The notes: generated by a model not told the origin, from the letters alone. DNA of 64,000 nucleotides from Dehalococcoidia bacterium (GCA_021462855.1 JAJTXQ010000021.1:1430-65429); one strand, 5' to 3'; counted from the stretch's first letter, positions 29,280 through 38,348 are shown. Made by a program: numbers and translations.

Positions 29280-30701
29280 ATGCCATCGAATCTGCCGGAC
29301 AGCGTGTTCTCGCCTCGCAGCGTGGCGGTTGTCGGCGCATCGTCGAACCCGGATAGCCCGGGCCACGACTACGTCAAGGCGATCATCGAAGCCGGCTTCA
29401 CCGGCCCGCTCTACCCGATCAACCCGCGCGCGCCCGAGATCATGGGGCTGCCAGCCTACCCCGCGTTGTCCGCGGCGCCGGGCGACGTCGACCTCGTGAT
29501 CTCGTGCATCCCCGCCGACGGCGTGCTGGCGCTGATCGAGGAAGCGCGCGCGAAACGCGCGACGACGCTGCACCTGTTCACCGGCCGGTTCAGCGAGACC
29601 GGCGACCGCGACGCCGCCGCGCTCGAACAGCGCGTGAAGCAGGCCGCGCGCGATGCGGGCATCCGGATCATAGGGCCGAACTGCATGGGCGTGTTCGATG
29701 CGCGAAGCGGGCTCTCGTTCCGGCCCGACCTGCCCCGGGCCGATGGCGGCGACGTCGCGTTCATCTCACAGAGCGGCAACAACTCGGTCGAATTGATGCT
29801 GCACGGCGCGGCGCGCGGCCTGCGGTTCAGCAAGGTCGTCAGTTACGGCAACGCACTCGACCTCAGCGAGGCGGACTTCCTCGACTTCCTCGCGGCCGAC
29901 GACGCCACCCGCGTGGTCGGCGCGTACATCGAGGGTGCGACGGACGGGCGGCGCCTCCTCGACGCATTGCGCTCGTGCGCGGCGGCGAAGCCGGTCGTCG
30001 TGCTGAAGGGCGGGCGCACCGGCGCCGGTTCGCGCACCGCCGCCTCGCACACGGCGGCGCTCGCCGGGCAGCGGCAAGTATGGAGCGCCGTGCTGAAGCA
30101 GGCCGGCGCCGTCGAAGTCGAGACGTTCGACGACCTCATCGACATGCTCGTCGCGTTCGCGTTCCTGCGCCCGGGCGCCGGGACGAACGTCGGCGTCGTC
30201 GGCGGCGGCGGCGGGCGCGCCGTGCAGTCCGCGGATGTCTGCGAAGAGGCGGGGTTGCGCGTGCCGCGCCTTCCCGGCGCCATCCGCGCCATGTTGCGCG
30301 AGAAGGCGCCGCACCTCGCGGACTGGGTCGACAACCCGGTCGACCAGTCGATCCTCGCGGGCAGCGGCGTCTCCGGCGCCCGCGTGCTGGAGATGATGCT
30401 CGATGCGCCGGAGTTCGATGCGCTCATCGCCAACGTCGGCGAAGACTGGGTGCTCGGGCGCCCCGACGCGATCGAGCGGATGGCGCACCTCGTCGACCGG
30501 TTCGCCGCGATCGGCGTGAAGGCGGACAAGCCGATGGCATTCGTGCTCGGCCCCGCCGATTCGCCCGACGAGACGAAGTGGCGCGCGGTCGAGGGCGGAA
30601 AGCAACGGCTCACCGACGCCCGGCTCGCCGTGTACCCGAGCGTCGACCGCGCCGCGTCGGCGGTGGCGCGGTTCGTCCGCTTCCATGCCGGGCGCGCGTA
30701 G
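29280..30701 (+). CDS. CoA-binding acetate--CoA ligase (ADP-forming) alpha-like protein, with no beta/ATP-grasp partner in the window
   Basis: CoA-binding Rossmann motifs (SVAVVGAS, IIGPNCMG) plus succinyl-CoA-synthetase-like flavodoxin domains (VVVLKGGRTGAG). Confidence 0.7.
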   Translation: MPSNLPDSVFSPRSVAVVGASSNPDSPGHDYVKAIIEAGFTGPLYPINPRAPEIMGLPAYPALSAAPGDVDLVISCIPADGVLALIEEARAKRATTLHLFTGRFSETGDRDAAALEQRVKQAARDAGIRIIGPNCMGVFDARSGLSFRPDLPRADGGDVAFISQSGNNSVELMLHGAARGLRFSKVVSYGNALDLSEADFLDFLAADDATRVVGAYIEGATDGRRLLDALRSCAAAKPVVVLKGGRTGAGSRTAASHTAALAGQRQVWSAVLKQAGAVEVETFDDLIDMLVAFAFLRPGAGTNVGVVGGGGGRAVQSADVCEEAGLRVPRLPGAIRAMLREKAPHLADWVDNPVDQSILAGSGVSGARVLEMMLDAPEFDALIANVGEDWVLGRPDAIERMAHLVDRFAAIGVKADKPMAFVLGPADSPDETKWRAVEGGKQRLTDARLAVYPSVDRAASAVARFVRFHAGRA

Positions 30702-30706
30702 CCGCG

Positions 30707-31819
30707 TCAGGCGGCGCCGAGCGCCGATTCGATCGCGTCGCGCGCCTCCGGGCGCTTCTCTGCGTAGGCGACGAGCAGGCCAAAGCAGCCGCTGATCATC
30801 ATGTCGCCGTGCGGCGTCGCGAAGTACGGATGCAGCGCCGTGCCGCGCACCTTGCCGCGCTGCGGGCCCGTGACGGCGATGATCTCCGGCGCGGCCGCCG
30901 CACCGCGCGAGGCGTAGAAGACGCCGTGGCCCTTCGTCTCGAACACCTCCTCGTGCGGGAGCACGCCCGCCATGAGCCGCGCCGTGTAGTCGACGATGCG
31001 CTCCGGCGCCATCTCCCCCGTATGGTGCTCGTACAGGCTGATGATGCGCGTGCCCTCCAGGTGAAACGCCAGCGCGTGCATGTTCCCCAGGTTCAGCACA
31101 CCCTGCACGCCCGCCTCGCCGACGCGCGGATCTTGCAGCGCGCCGAGCGCCGCCGCCGGCCCGGTGTCGAGGAATACGACGTCGGCTTCGCCGTCCTGCC
31201 GGCGCGCACTCTCGACCATCGCGCGGGCGCGCGTCAGGTACGCCGGCAGCTCGTCCGGCAGCATCGCGAACGCGCGCAGGTCGTTGCGTTCGCCAACGAC
31301 TCGGCGCAGGTGGTCGAAGCGGAACAGGCGGTCGGAGTACCCCGGCGGCGATGCGCCGTGGTCGAGGCAGGCGACGGCGATGCCGTCGAATCGCGCCGGC
31401 ACATCAAATGCGCGCAGCGCCGCCCGGATCGCGTCGAGATCGAGGTCCTGCAGCGTGACGCGGGCGGCGCCGTTCGCGCGCGCCGCCTCGTCCTCGGATA
31501 CGATCCGCACGCCCATCCGCTCGACTGCCTCGAGGTCGTCGTCGAATGTTGCGGCCGCGTCAGGCGTCGCGTACGCCGCGAGCCCGGCGCCCAGGTGGTC
31601 CTCCAGCGCCCACGAGCACGGCCCGCCGCCCTGGTTCCCCCCCGTGAGCACCCCCGCCCGCCGCTCCGCCGTCGCCGCGCGGATCCGCCCGGCGGCGATC
31701 TGCGTCGCGCTCGGCATGACCAGCTTCACGTTGTTCTCCACGGGGAGCGCCGGGTCGAAGAGCAGGATGTCCTGCGTGCCCGTGCCCATGTCGATGGCGA
31801 GGATCTTCATCGTCGCCAT
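30707..31819 (-). CDS. DUF1786 family protein (ASKHA-fold, archaeal-type; putative PFL-activating-enzyme-like)
   Basis: N-terminal MKILAIDMGTGTQDILLFD is characteristic of DUF1786/ASKHA proteins. 370 aa. Confidence 0.55.
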   Translation of the reverse strand: MATMKILAIDMGTGTQDILLFDPALPVENNVKLVMPSATQIAAGRIRAATAERRAGVLTGGNQGGGPCSWALEDHLGAGLAAYATPDAAATFDDDLEAVERMGVRIVSEDEAARANGAARVTLQDLDLDAIRAALRAFDVPARFDGIAVACLDHGASPPGYSDRLFRFDHLRRVVGERNDLRAFAMLPDELPAYLTRARAMVESARRQDGEADVVFLDTGPAAALGALQDPRVGEAGVQGVLNLGNMHALAFHLEGTRIISLYEHHTGEMAPERIVDYTARLMAGVLPHEEVFETKGHGVFYASRGAAAAPEIIAVTGPQRGKVRGTALHPYFATPHGDMMISGCFGLLVAYAEKRPEARDAIESALGAA

Positions 31820-31850
31820 TGTATCGAGGGGGTGCGGGCCGAGATGGCGA

Positions 31851-31885
31851 ACGGCCGTCCCCGGCAGGACAGTGGGGACGGCCGT
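31851..31885. promoter_or_regulatory. 12-bp perfect inverted repeat ACGGCCGTCCCC-N11-GGGGACGGCCGT between the small ORF and the DUF1786 gene
   Basis: Stem-loop seen directly. No U-tract follows it on the mRNA strand, so it is a regulatory or processing hairpin rather than an intrinsic terminator. Confidence 0.3.
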
Positions 31886-31907
31886 CCACGGCTAAGGGGA
31901 GCCGAGA

Positions 31908-32097
31908 TCAGGCGGCGTGGTCGATGCGCCGGTAGTGAGCGTGCGCCCGCGCCTGGCCGCCGTGGGGACGGGCCGGGTCGGGCGCGCCGGACAGGCCTTC
32001 GGCCCCGTCGCCGGCGAGCTCACCCGTCCAGTACTGGTACAGCAGCACCGCGGCCGAGATAAGGACGACGAGCGCGAGGACGACTGCGAATGGCACG
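31908..32097 (-). CDS. Small single-TM membrane protein (62 aa)
   Basis: AGGAGG 6 nt upstream of a GTG start. Hydrophobic helix (FAVVLALVVLISAAVLLY). Sits upstream of and co-oriented with the DUF1786 gene. Confidence 0.4.
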
Positions 32098-32111
32098 GCG
32101 GGCCTCCTGAT

Positions 32112-32145
32112 TCGAACATGCGTACTATAGAACGCATGTCCGAAC
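32112..32145. promoter_or_regulatory. Imperfect 13-bp inverted repeat TTCGAACATGCGT-N8-ACGCATGTCCGAA in a locally AT-rich spacer
   Basis: 12 of 13 arm matches. The spacer (ACTATAGA) is -10-like. Lies upstream of the small ORF/DUF1786 unit on the minus strand. Confidence 0.3.
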
Positions 32146-32198
32146 TTGTCAAGGGCCCGGCGGCGGTTTCCGGGATACGTTCGGCCAATTCCTGGCCG

Positions 32199-32753
32199 TT
32201 AGCCGTTGCGCCGGTATCTACGGGTGCGATCTGGCGAAGGCGGGACGTCGTCGTCGTCGCCGCCGTCGTCCACCGGAGTGCCGTGGTCGAGCGCGCGCCG
32301 TGGAGGCGGCGCCGCCTCCGGTTCATCGGCGACGCCGAGCGTGCTGCTGCTGAGCCACACGTACAGCAGCAGCACCAGGAACACGATCGAGACAATGAGC
32401 ATCAGCGCGCTGTCCGCGAACTCACGGCCGCGCAACAGCTCCCACGATACCGGGATGATCACGGCGAGCTGCGCGGCATACGGCACCCACGCCAGCAGCC
32501 GGTACTCTTCGCGCCGCCAGGCGATCAGCCCGTACACCGGCACCAGGATCAGCATCTGCGCGCCGGCGATGCGCTCGGCCGCGCCTCCGCCTCCGAGCGT
32601 CAGCGCGCCGATGCCCTGCGTCGCAAGCGCGAACCCGGCGAAGAACGACCACAACGCGAGCAGCAGCAGGAGCACGCGGAAGGCGCCCTGCGCGCTGACG
32701 ACCGACATCGCGCTATCGCGTGCATGCGGTTGCGCCGTTGCGCGGTCGTCCAT
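32199..32753 (-). CDS. Membrane protein, 4 predicted TM segments, unknown function
   Basis: Hydrophobic helices (VLLLLLALWSFFAGFALA; MLILVPVYGLIAW; AAQLAVIIPVSW; LMLIVSIVFLVLLLYVWL). 2-nt gap after the upstream membrane-protein gene. Confidence 0.45.
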   Translation of the reverse strand: MDDRATAQPHARDSAMSVVSAQGAFRVLLLLLALWSFFAGFALATQGIGALTLGGGGAAERIAGAQMLILVPVYGLIAWRREEYRLLAWVPYAAQLAVIIPVSWELLRGREFADSALMLIVSIVFLVLLLYVWLSSSTLGVADEPEAAPPPRRALDHGTPVDDGGDDDDVPPSPDRTRRYRRNG

Positions 32754-32755
32754 GG

Positions 32756-33160
32756 TCAGAGTGTATCGGTCTGGCGCGGCAGGTTGGCGGCGAGCAGCGC
32801 GAGGATGCCGCAGGCAACGACGATCGGCACGATCGCTTCACCCGCGCTGAGGTCGTCGCGCGTCCAGTGGACCCCCGCCGTGAAGACCGCCATCACCTGC
32901 TCGACGGCGGCCATCCAGATCACGAAGCGATAGCGCAGCGGGTTGCGCGCCGCCCACAGGTACGCGAACGCGAGCACGGCGCTCGCGCCGTTCACCGCAC
33001 GCGCGCCGAGCAGTCCATCGATGTCGCCGATCGAGACGAGCGGCGCGTTGGTCAGCGCGAGCAGGAAGGTGATGATGTTCCACGCGGCGAGCGCCACGAG
33101 GAGAAGCTGGAGCCGCGCCTGCGAGGTGGGGTTCGGGCGGCCGATCGGGCGGGACTGCAT
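32756..33160 (-). CDS. Membrane protein, 4 predicted TM segments, unknown function
   Basis: 134 aa. Helices (LQLLLVALAAWNIITFLLAL; SAVLAFAYLWAA; FVIWMAAVEQVMAVF; IVPIVVACGILALLAA). Confidence 0.45.
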   Translation of the reverse strand: MQSRPIGRPNPTSQARLQLLLVALAAWNIITFLLALTNAPLVSIGDIDGLLGARAVNGASAVLAFAYLWAARNPLRYRFVIWMAAVEQVMAVFTAGVHWTRDDLSAGEAIVPIVVACGILALLAANLPRQTDTL

Positions 33161-33263
33161 GCTGCCGCGATTCTAGCAGGTTCGGAGGCGTCTGCGGCGC
33201 GGGGGACGGCGAAAGCGGCCCGCTGGGCCGCCTCCACAGGTTCGTCGCGGGGACGACGACAGG

Positions 33264-33761
33264 CTACGGCTCGTCGTCATCGTACAGGTCGTCGTCTTCG
33301 TCCTCGTCCTCGTAGTCGTCGTCATCGTCGTCGCTGACGACGGCCTCGACCTCGGCGATGCCGCGCTTGCCCCAGATCGTCTCGTAGTTCTCGCCGGTGA
33401 TCGCCCGGTGCCCCTCTTCCCGCTCGAGCTGCTCGAGCTCGGTCAGGCAGCGGCCGGCCTGCCGGACCGACGCCGCCGAGCCGGTGTCGCTGAAGCGCCG
33501 GATGATGCGCTCCCAGATGCCCAGGTCAACCAGGCTCTGCACGTACTTCGGCCATGGGATGATCGTGATGCTGTCCGGGCGGCCGAAGCGCGGCCGCATC
33601 TTGCGAAGCGACTGGAAGCGCTCCTCCGGCGTGTTCGCCATCGGCACGACGCGGATCATCGGGCCATCGACGTCGCTCGTGCGGAGGTCCATCAGCAGCG
33701 TCTTGCGCAGCAACGGGAAGTACAGCGCCACCACGTCGGCGACTTCGATATTCTTGTTCAC
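33264..33761 (-). CDS. Hypothetical protein with an extreme poly-Asp/Glu C-terminal tail
   Basis: 165-aa ORF with coding-like codon bias. The last roughly 30 residues are almost entirely D/E/Y (SDDDDDDYEDEDEDDDLYDDDEP). Confidence 0.5.
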   Translation of the reverse strand: MNKNIEVADVVALYFPLLRKTLLMDLRTSDVDGPMIRVVPMANTPEERFQSLRKMRPRFGRPDSITIIPWPKYVQSLVDLGIWERIIRRFSDTGSAASVRQAGRCLTELEQLEREEGHRAITGENYETIWGKRGIAEVEAVVSDDDDDDYEDEDEDDDLYDDDEP

Positions 33762-33873
33762 TTCAGAAACATCGATGCGGAAGTCAGAGTCCAGCGTTCC
33801 TCCTCGGGGCGCCCGCGCCCTTCAATCCATCCTAACACAGCGTCGCGTTGCGCCGGAGATCGGTTATGCCGAA

Positions 33874-33897
33874 TTGACGGCGTGAGTTGACGGCGTG
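33874..33897. repeat. Tandem direct repeat, 2 copies of TTGACGGCGTG, with a third TTGAC motif 27 nt downstream. Lies in the promoter region of the acidic-tail gene.
   Basis: Read directly: TTGACGGCGTGAG TTGACGGCGTGCT, then TTGACACGGACGG. Confidence 0.3.
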
Positions 33898-33976
33898 CTT
33901 CCGCGCAGCGGTACATGATGTAACGAGCGCGCGCTTGACACGGACGGCGAGCGTCGTGCCGGTCACGACGGCGCGC

Positions 33977-35179
33977 CTACGGGATCGCGCCCGCTTCCTT
34001 CAGCGCGATGATGCGGTCCCAGTCGAGCCCCATCTCCAGCAACACCTCCTCGGTGTGCTGGCCGAGCTCCGGCGCAATCGCGCCGATGGCGTTCGGCGTG
34101 CCGTAGAAGTCGACCGGCGTGTTTACCATCGGGATCGCGCCCTCCGGGCCGGCGGACTCGCCGAACGCGCCGGACGCCTGGCAGATCGGATCCTTGAGCG
34201 CGTCGCTGATCGAGTTGACGGGCGCCCACCACACGTTGTGCTGGTCGAGGATCGTGCCCCACTCGTCGAGCGGGCGCTTCGCGAACTCCCCGTCCAGCAC
34301 GTCCACGATGCCCCGGGCGTTGTCGCGGCGCTTCGTGATGTTGTTCCAGCGCTCGTCCTGCGCCAGGTCCTCGCGGCCGAGCGCGCGGAGCAGATCAGGC
34401 CAGTGGCGGTCGCCCTGCAGCAGCAGCAGCCAGATCCAGCGGTCGTCGGCGGTGCGAAAGCAGTTGATGATCGGGTTCGGGGCGTGGAAGCGGTCGTACG
34501 GGCGCGTCCGGACGCCCATGCGCATCTCCAGCGCGTAGTCCCAGGCCATCATGTAGATGCCGGTGCGGACGAGCGACACCGCGACGCGCTGGCCCTCGCC
34601 GGTGCGCTCGCGCGCGAACAGCGCAGCGCTGACGGCCGCCGCGCCGGAGATGCCCGTCATGTGGTCGCCCATGCCGCCGCGCTGCTGGGGGAATGGCGTA
34701 CCCTCGGGCGTCAGCGATGCGCCGACGCCGGCGCGCGCCCAGAACGCTCCGATGTCGTAGGCCGCGCGGTCGCGTTCCGGGTTCTCGGGGCCGTGGCCGG
34801 TGACCTGGCAGTAGACGATCTTCGGGTTCGTCGCCCGCACCTCGTCGTAGCCGAGGCCGAACTGCTCCAGGACGCGCGGGCGCATGTTGCTCACGAAGAC
34901 GTCGGCTTCGTCCACGAGCCGGCGGCCGAGCGCCCGGCCGTCGGGATGGTCGAGGTTCAGCGAGACGCTGCGCTTGCCGCGGTTGTCGACCTCGAACGGG
35001 GGGTTCATCGGCGCCGCGGCGCCGAGCGCGCTCGCGAACAGCCCGCGGAACGGGTCGCCGGTCGGCGGTTCGAGCTTGATGACGTCGGCTCCCCAGTCGG
35101 CGAGCATGGCAGCGCAGGAGGGGCCGGCGACCCAGACACCCATTTCGACAACCTTGATCCCATCCATCGGGCCGGGCAT
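33977..35179 (-). CDS. CoA-transferase family III protein (CaiB/BaiF-like)
   Basis: N-terminal GIKVVEMGVWVAGPSCAAMLADWGADVIKLEPP hallmark and the catalytic Asp region. Confidence 0.85.
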   Translation of the reverse strand: MPGPMDGIKVVEMGVWVAGPSCAAMLADWGADVIKLEPPTGDPFRGLFASALGAAAPMNPPFEVDNRGKRSVSLNLDHPDGRALGRRLVDEADVFVSNMRPRVLEQFGLGYDEVRATNPKIVYCQVTGHGPENPERDRAAYDIGAFWARAGVGASLTPEGTPFPQQRGGMGDHMTGISGAAAVSAALFARERTGEGQRVAVSLVRTGIYMMAWDYALEMRMGVRTRPYDRFHAPNPIINCFRTADDRWIWLLLLQGDRHWPDLLRALGREDLAQDERWNNITKRRDNARGIVDVLDGEFAKRPLDEWGTILDQHNVWWAPVNSISDALKDPICQASGAFGESAGPEGAIPMVNTPVDFYGTPNAIGAIAPELGQHTEEVLLEMGLDWDRIIALKEAGAIP

Positions 35180-35246
35180 GCGTATCTCCTTCTGTGCGAG
35201 TGCGGCCGGTGTATGTGGCGGGGATTATAGGGCGGCGCGGGCGCGC

Positions 35247-35285
35247 TTGACAGCGGGCCGAGGCTGAAATAAAGTGCGTACGCAC
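35247..35285 (+). promoter_or_regulatory. Sigma-70-like promoter (TTGACA-N17-TAAAGT) overlapped by a perfect 12-bp palindrome GTGCGTACGCAC. Putative TetR operator.
   Basis: Hexamers and spacing read directly. The palindrome overlaps the -10/+1 region, about 30 nt upstream of the TetR ATG. Confidence 0.5.
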
Positions 35286-35313
35286 GCACTTTTTCTTCAC
35301 TCAGGCAGGCCTC

Positions 35314-35958
35314 ATGCTCACCTCGCCGGTGACACCGGGTAAGCAGGACAAGGACGCGCGCCAGCGCGCGCTGATCGACGCGGCCACGCTGACCTTTGCC
35401 GAAAAAGGGTACGACGTTGCGACGACGCGCGAGATCGCCGAACGTGCGCGCTGCTCCGAGGGCCTGATCCACCGGTACTTCGGCTCCAAGCACGGCCTGC
35501 TCATGGCGATCCTTCGCGAGAAGGCGGCGAACGTCCGCGATGTCGTGCAGGTCAGCGTGGACGAGAGCGACGACCTCGGCGCCGAGATCGAGGCGCTCGT
35601 GATGTGGGCGCTCGACTTCATGTGGGAGCAGCGCGACTTCATGCGCGTCGTCACGGGCCGCGCGCTCGTCGACCCGGAGGTCGGGCGGTTCGTCGGCAAC
35701 ACGCTCAACGCGCGCCGCGTGCAGGTCTTCGCCGAGCGGATCGAACGCCACCGCGCCGCCGGCCGCGTGCGCGACGACGTCGACATCGAAACGGCGGCGC
35801 AGGCCCTGGCCGGCATCTCGTACCAGGCCGGCTTCTTCCTGCAGGTGGTGTTCGAAATGGACCGGCGCAACGCCGCGCGCATCGCGCGGGAGGCCGCGCG
35901 CGCGATCACGATCATGATCGCCGCGCCGCAGGTGAAGCGGACGGAGAGGTTGCGGTGA
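35314..35958 (+). CDS. TetR/AcrR family transcriptional regulator
   Basis: N-terminal HTH (TFAEKGYDVATTREIAERARCSEGLIHRYF). GTGA overlap with the downstream MFS gene. Confidence 0.85.
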   Translation: MLTSPVTPGKQDKDARQRALIDAATLTFAEKGYDVATTREIAERARCSEGLIHRYFGSKHGLLMAILREKAANVRDVVQVSVDESDDLGAEIEALVMWALDFMWEQRDFMRVVTGRALVDPEVGRFVGNTLNARRVQVFAERIERHRAAGRVRDDVDIETAAQALAGISYQAGFFLQVVFEMDRRNAARIAREAARAITIMIAAPQVKRTERLR

Positions 35959-37415
35959 GGAAGCTCGAATACAAGTACATCGTCGGGATCGTGTTCGTGT
36001 TCGGCCTGTTCATGGACCTGCTCGACATTACGATCGTGAACGTCGCGCTGCCAACGCTGGCGCGCGACTTCAACGCGACGACGACGACGATCGAATGGGT
36101 GGTGACCGGCTACCTGGTGAGCCTCGCGGTGTTCATCCCCGTGAGCGGATGGGCCGGCGACCGCTTCGGCACGAAGCGCGTGTTCATGTTCGCGCTCGCC
36201 GTGTTCACGTCCGGCTCGCTGGCGTGCGGGCTCGCGTGGAACATCGAATCACTGATCGGGTTCCGCGTGCTGCAGGGCATCGGCGGCGGCATGCTGACGC
36301 CGGTGGGCACGACGATGCTCTTCCGCGCGTTCCCGCCGGCCGAGCGCGCGAAGGCGTCGGCGCTGCTCGCCATCCCGGCCGTCGTCGCGCCCGCATCCGG
36401 GCCGGTGCTCGGCGGCTACCTCGTCGAGTTCCACGACTGGCGCTGGATCTTCCTCATCAACATTCCGATCGGACTGGCCGGACTTGTCGTATGCGCGCTG
36501 TTCCTGCGGGAGGATGTGCAGGAGGCGCCCGGGCGCTTCGACCTGCCCGGTCTGTTCCTCTCGGCGGGCGGGCTCGCGTTCGTCGTGTACGCGCTGGCCG
36601 AGGCGGGGTCGAACGGATTCGACGATCCGCGCGTGCTGGCATTCGGGTTCGCCGGGCTCGCGCTCACGCTGCTGCTCGTCGTCGTCGAACTGCGGACGCC
36701 GGAGCCCATGCTCGACATGCGGCTGTTGGGCAACAAGCTGTTCGCCGCGGCCAACGCCGCCAACATGATCGGGCAAGGCGGCATGCAGGGCGCGCTCTTC
36801 CTGCTGCCCATCTTCCTGCAGGCGGAGCGCGGGCTGAGCCCGTTTCAGACCGGCCTGACGACGTTCCCGCAGGCGATCGGCGTCGTCATGATGGTGCAGC
36901 CCGCCGGCCGCATCTACGCGCGCGTCGGCCCAAAGAAGATGATGATGGCCGGCATGGCCGGCATCTCCGCATCGACGTTCGCGCTGCTCGCCGTGGACCT
37001 GGAGACGAGCCAGTGGTGGATCCGGCTGATCATGCTGACCCGTGGCTGGTCGTTCGCGCTGACGCTCATCCCGCTGCAGACGGCGACGTTCGCGACGATC
37101 TCGTCCGAGGACACGGGGCGCGCAAGCGCGATCGCGAACTCGCTGCGGCAGGTGTCGGCGAGCCTGGGCGTCGCGCTGCTGGCGACGGTGCTGACCAATC
37201 GCCTCGGCGTGCACGACGCGCAGCTCTACGACCCTGCGACGCGCGCTGGCGCGCTGCTCGCGTTCCCCGAGGCGTTCTTCGTCGCCGGCCTGCTCGGCGT
37301 CGTCGGCGTCTTCGCATCGATGCTGATCAGCGACCGGGAAGCCGCCGGCACCATGGTGCGCCGGACCGGCGGCGGCGGCGTCCCCGAGCACGCCGCCGCC
37401 GCCGCGCCGCACTGA
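35955..37415 (+). CDS. MFS transporter, DHA2 (EmrB/QacA) family, 14 TM
   Basis: GTG start with GGAGAGG 5 nt upstream. DHA2 motifs (LDITIVNVALPTLARDF; GRIYARVGPKK). Confidence 0.85.
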   Translation: MRKLEYKYIVGIVFVFGLFMDLLDITIVNVALPTLARDFNATTTTIEWVVTGYLVSLAVFIPVSGWAGDRFGTKRVFMFALAVFTSGSLACGLAWNIESLIGFRVLQGIGGGMLTPVGTTMLFRAFPPAERAKASALLAIPAVVAPASGPVLGGYLVEFHDWRWIFLINIPIGLAGLVVCALFLREDVQEAPGRFDLPGLFLSAGGLAFVVYALAEAGSNGFDDPRVLAFGFAGLALTLLLVVVELRTPEPMLDMRLLGNKLFAAANAANMIGQGGMQGALFLLPIFLQAERGLSPFQTGLTTFPQAIGVVMMVQPAGRIYARVGPKKMMMAGMAGISASTFALLAVDLETSQWWIRLIMLTRGWSFALTLIPLQTATFATISSEDTGRASAIANSLRQVSASLGVALLATVLTNRLGVHDAQLYDPATRAGALLAFPEAFFVAGLLGVVGVFASMLISDREAAGTMVRRTGGGGVPEHAAAAAPH

Positions 37416-37493
37416 CATCGCCGCTACGCGCGCGATCCGATAGCGTACGGACAGCACGCGCCGCGCGTGCAGCCCGCGACGGAGACAGCCCGC

Positions 37494-38306
37494 ATGGACA
37501 TCCAGTCGCCTTCCCACGACGACGACCCGCCCCGCATCGACCCCGCGGCGGACCGCGCGCCGCCGGATCCTGCCTCGAAAGACCCCCTTGCGCACCCGCA
37601 GGAGGCGCGCTTCCTCGCCGGCCCGCAGCCGCGGCTGCACGAGCTGCTGCGGGCGATCCGCATCTTCTTCGAGTTGTTGCGCGGGTTCCGGGCGCTGCAC
37701 TTCGTCGGGCCATGCGTCACGGTGTTCGGCTCCGCACGGTTCGCCGAGTCGCACCGCTACTACGGGCTCGCGCGGGAGACGGGGAGCGCGTTATCGCGCG
37801 CGGGCTTCACCGTGATGACCGGCGGCGGGCCGGGCATCATGGAGGCGGCGAACCGCGGCGCGCGCGAGGCCGGTGGCCATACGGTCGGCTGCAACGTTGT
37901 CCTGCCGGTCGAGCAGACGCCGAACCCCTACCTCGACACGATGGTCACGTTTCGCCACTTCTTCGTGCGGAAGGTCATGCTGGTCAAGTACTCGTACGCC
38001 TTCGTCGCCATGCCCGGTGGCTATGGCACGTTCGACGAGGTGTTCGAGGCGGCGACGCTCATCGAGACCGGCAAGATCCGCGACTTCCCGATCATCCTCA
38101 TGGGCAGCGAGTTCTGGGGCCCGCTCGTGGGCGTCCTGCGTGAGACGTTGCTGCGCAACGGCACGATCGACGAGCGCGACCTCGAACTGATCACCGTCAC
38201 CGACTCCCCGGCCGAGGCGGCGGCGCTGATCTCGGATGCAGCGGTCAAGAAGTTCGGCCTGCGACTCGGCCCGAAGCCGAAGCGCCGCCGCATCCTGTTC
38301 GAATAG
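37494..38306 (+). CDS. LOG family protein (TIGR00730 Rossmann-fold nucleotide-binding; cytokinin riboside 5'-monophosphate phosphoribohydrolase-like)
   Basis: GGAGA RBS. Motifs (VFGSARF, MTGGGPGIMEAANRGA, PGGYGTFDE). Confidence 0.8.
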   Translation: MDIQSPSHDDDPPRIDPAADRAPPDPASKDPLAHPQEARFLAGPQPRLHELLRAIRIFFELLRGFRALHFVGPCVTVFGSARFAESHRYYGLARETGSALSRAGFTVMTGGGPGIMEAANRGAREAGGHTVGCNVVLPVEQTPNPYLDTMVTFRHFFVRKVMLVKYSYAFVAMPGGYGTFDEVFEAATLIETGKIRDFPIILMGSEFWGPLVGVLRETLLRNGTIDERDLELITVTDSPAEAAALISDAAVKKFGLRLGPKPKRRRILFE

Positions 38307-38348
38307 CGGCATCGACAGAGCGAGCGCGCGGCCGGTAGACTCGCGGCG

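Noticed and set aside
31820-31830. A TACAAT hexamer next to the DUF1786 start that could mark a leaderless promoter
   Set aside because: The hexamer overlaps the ATG itself (tacaATGg), so it cannot act as a -10 for this start. It is probably coincidental.
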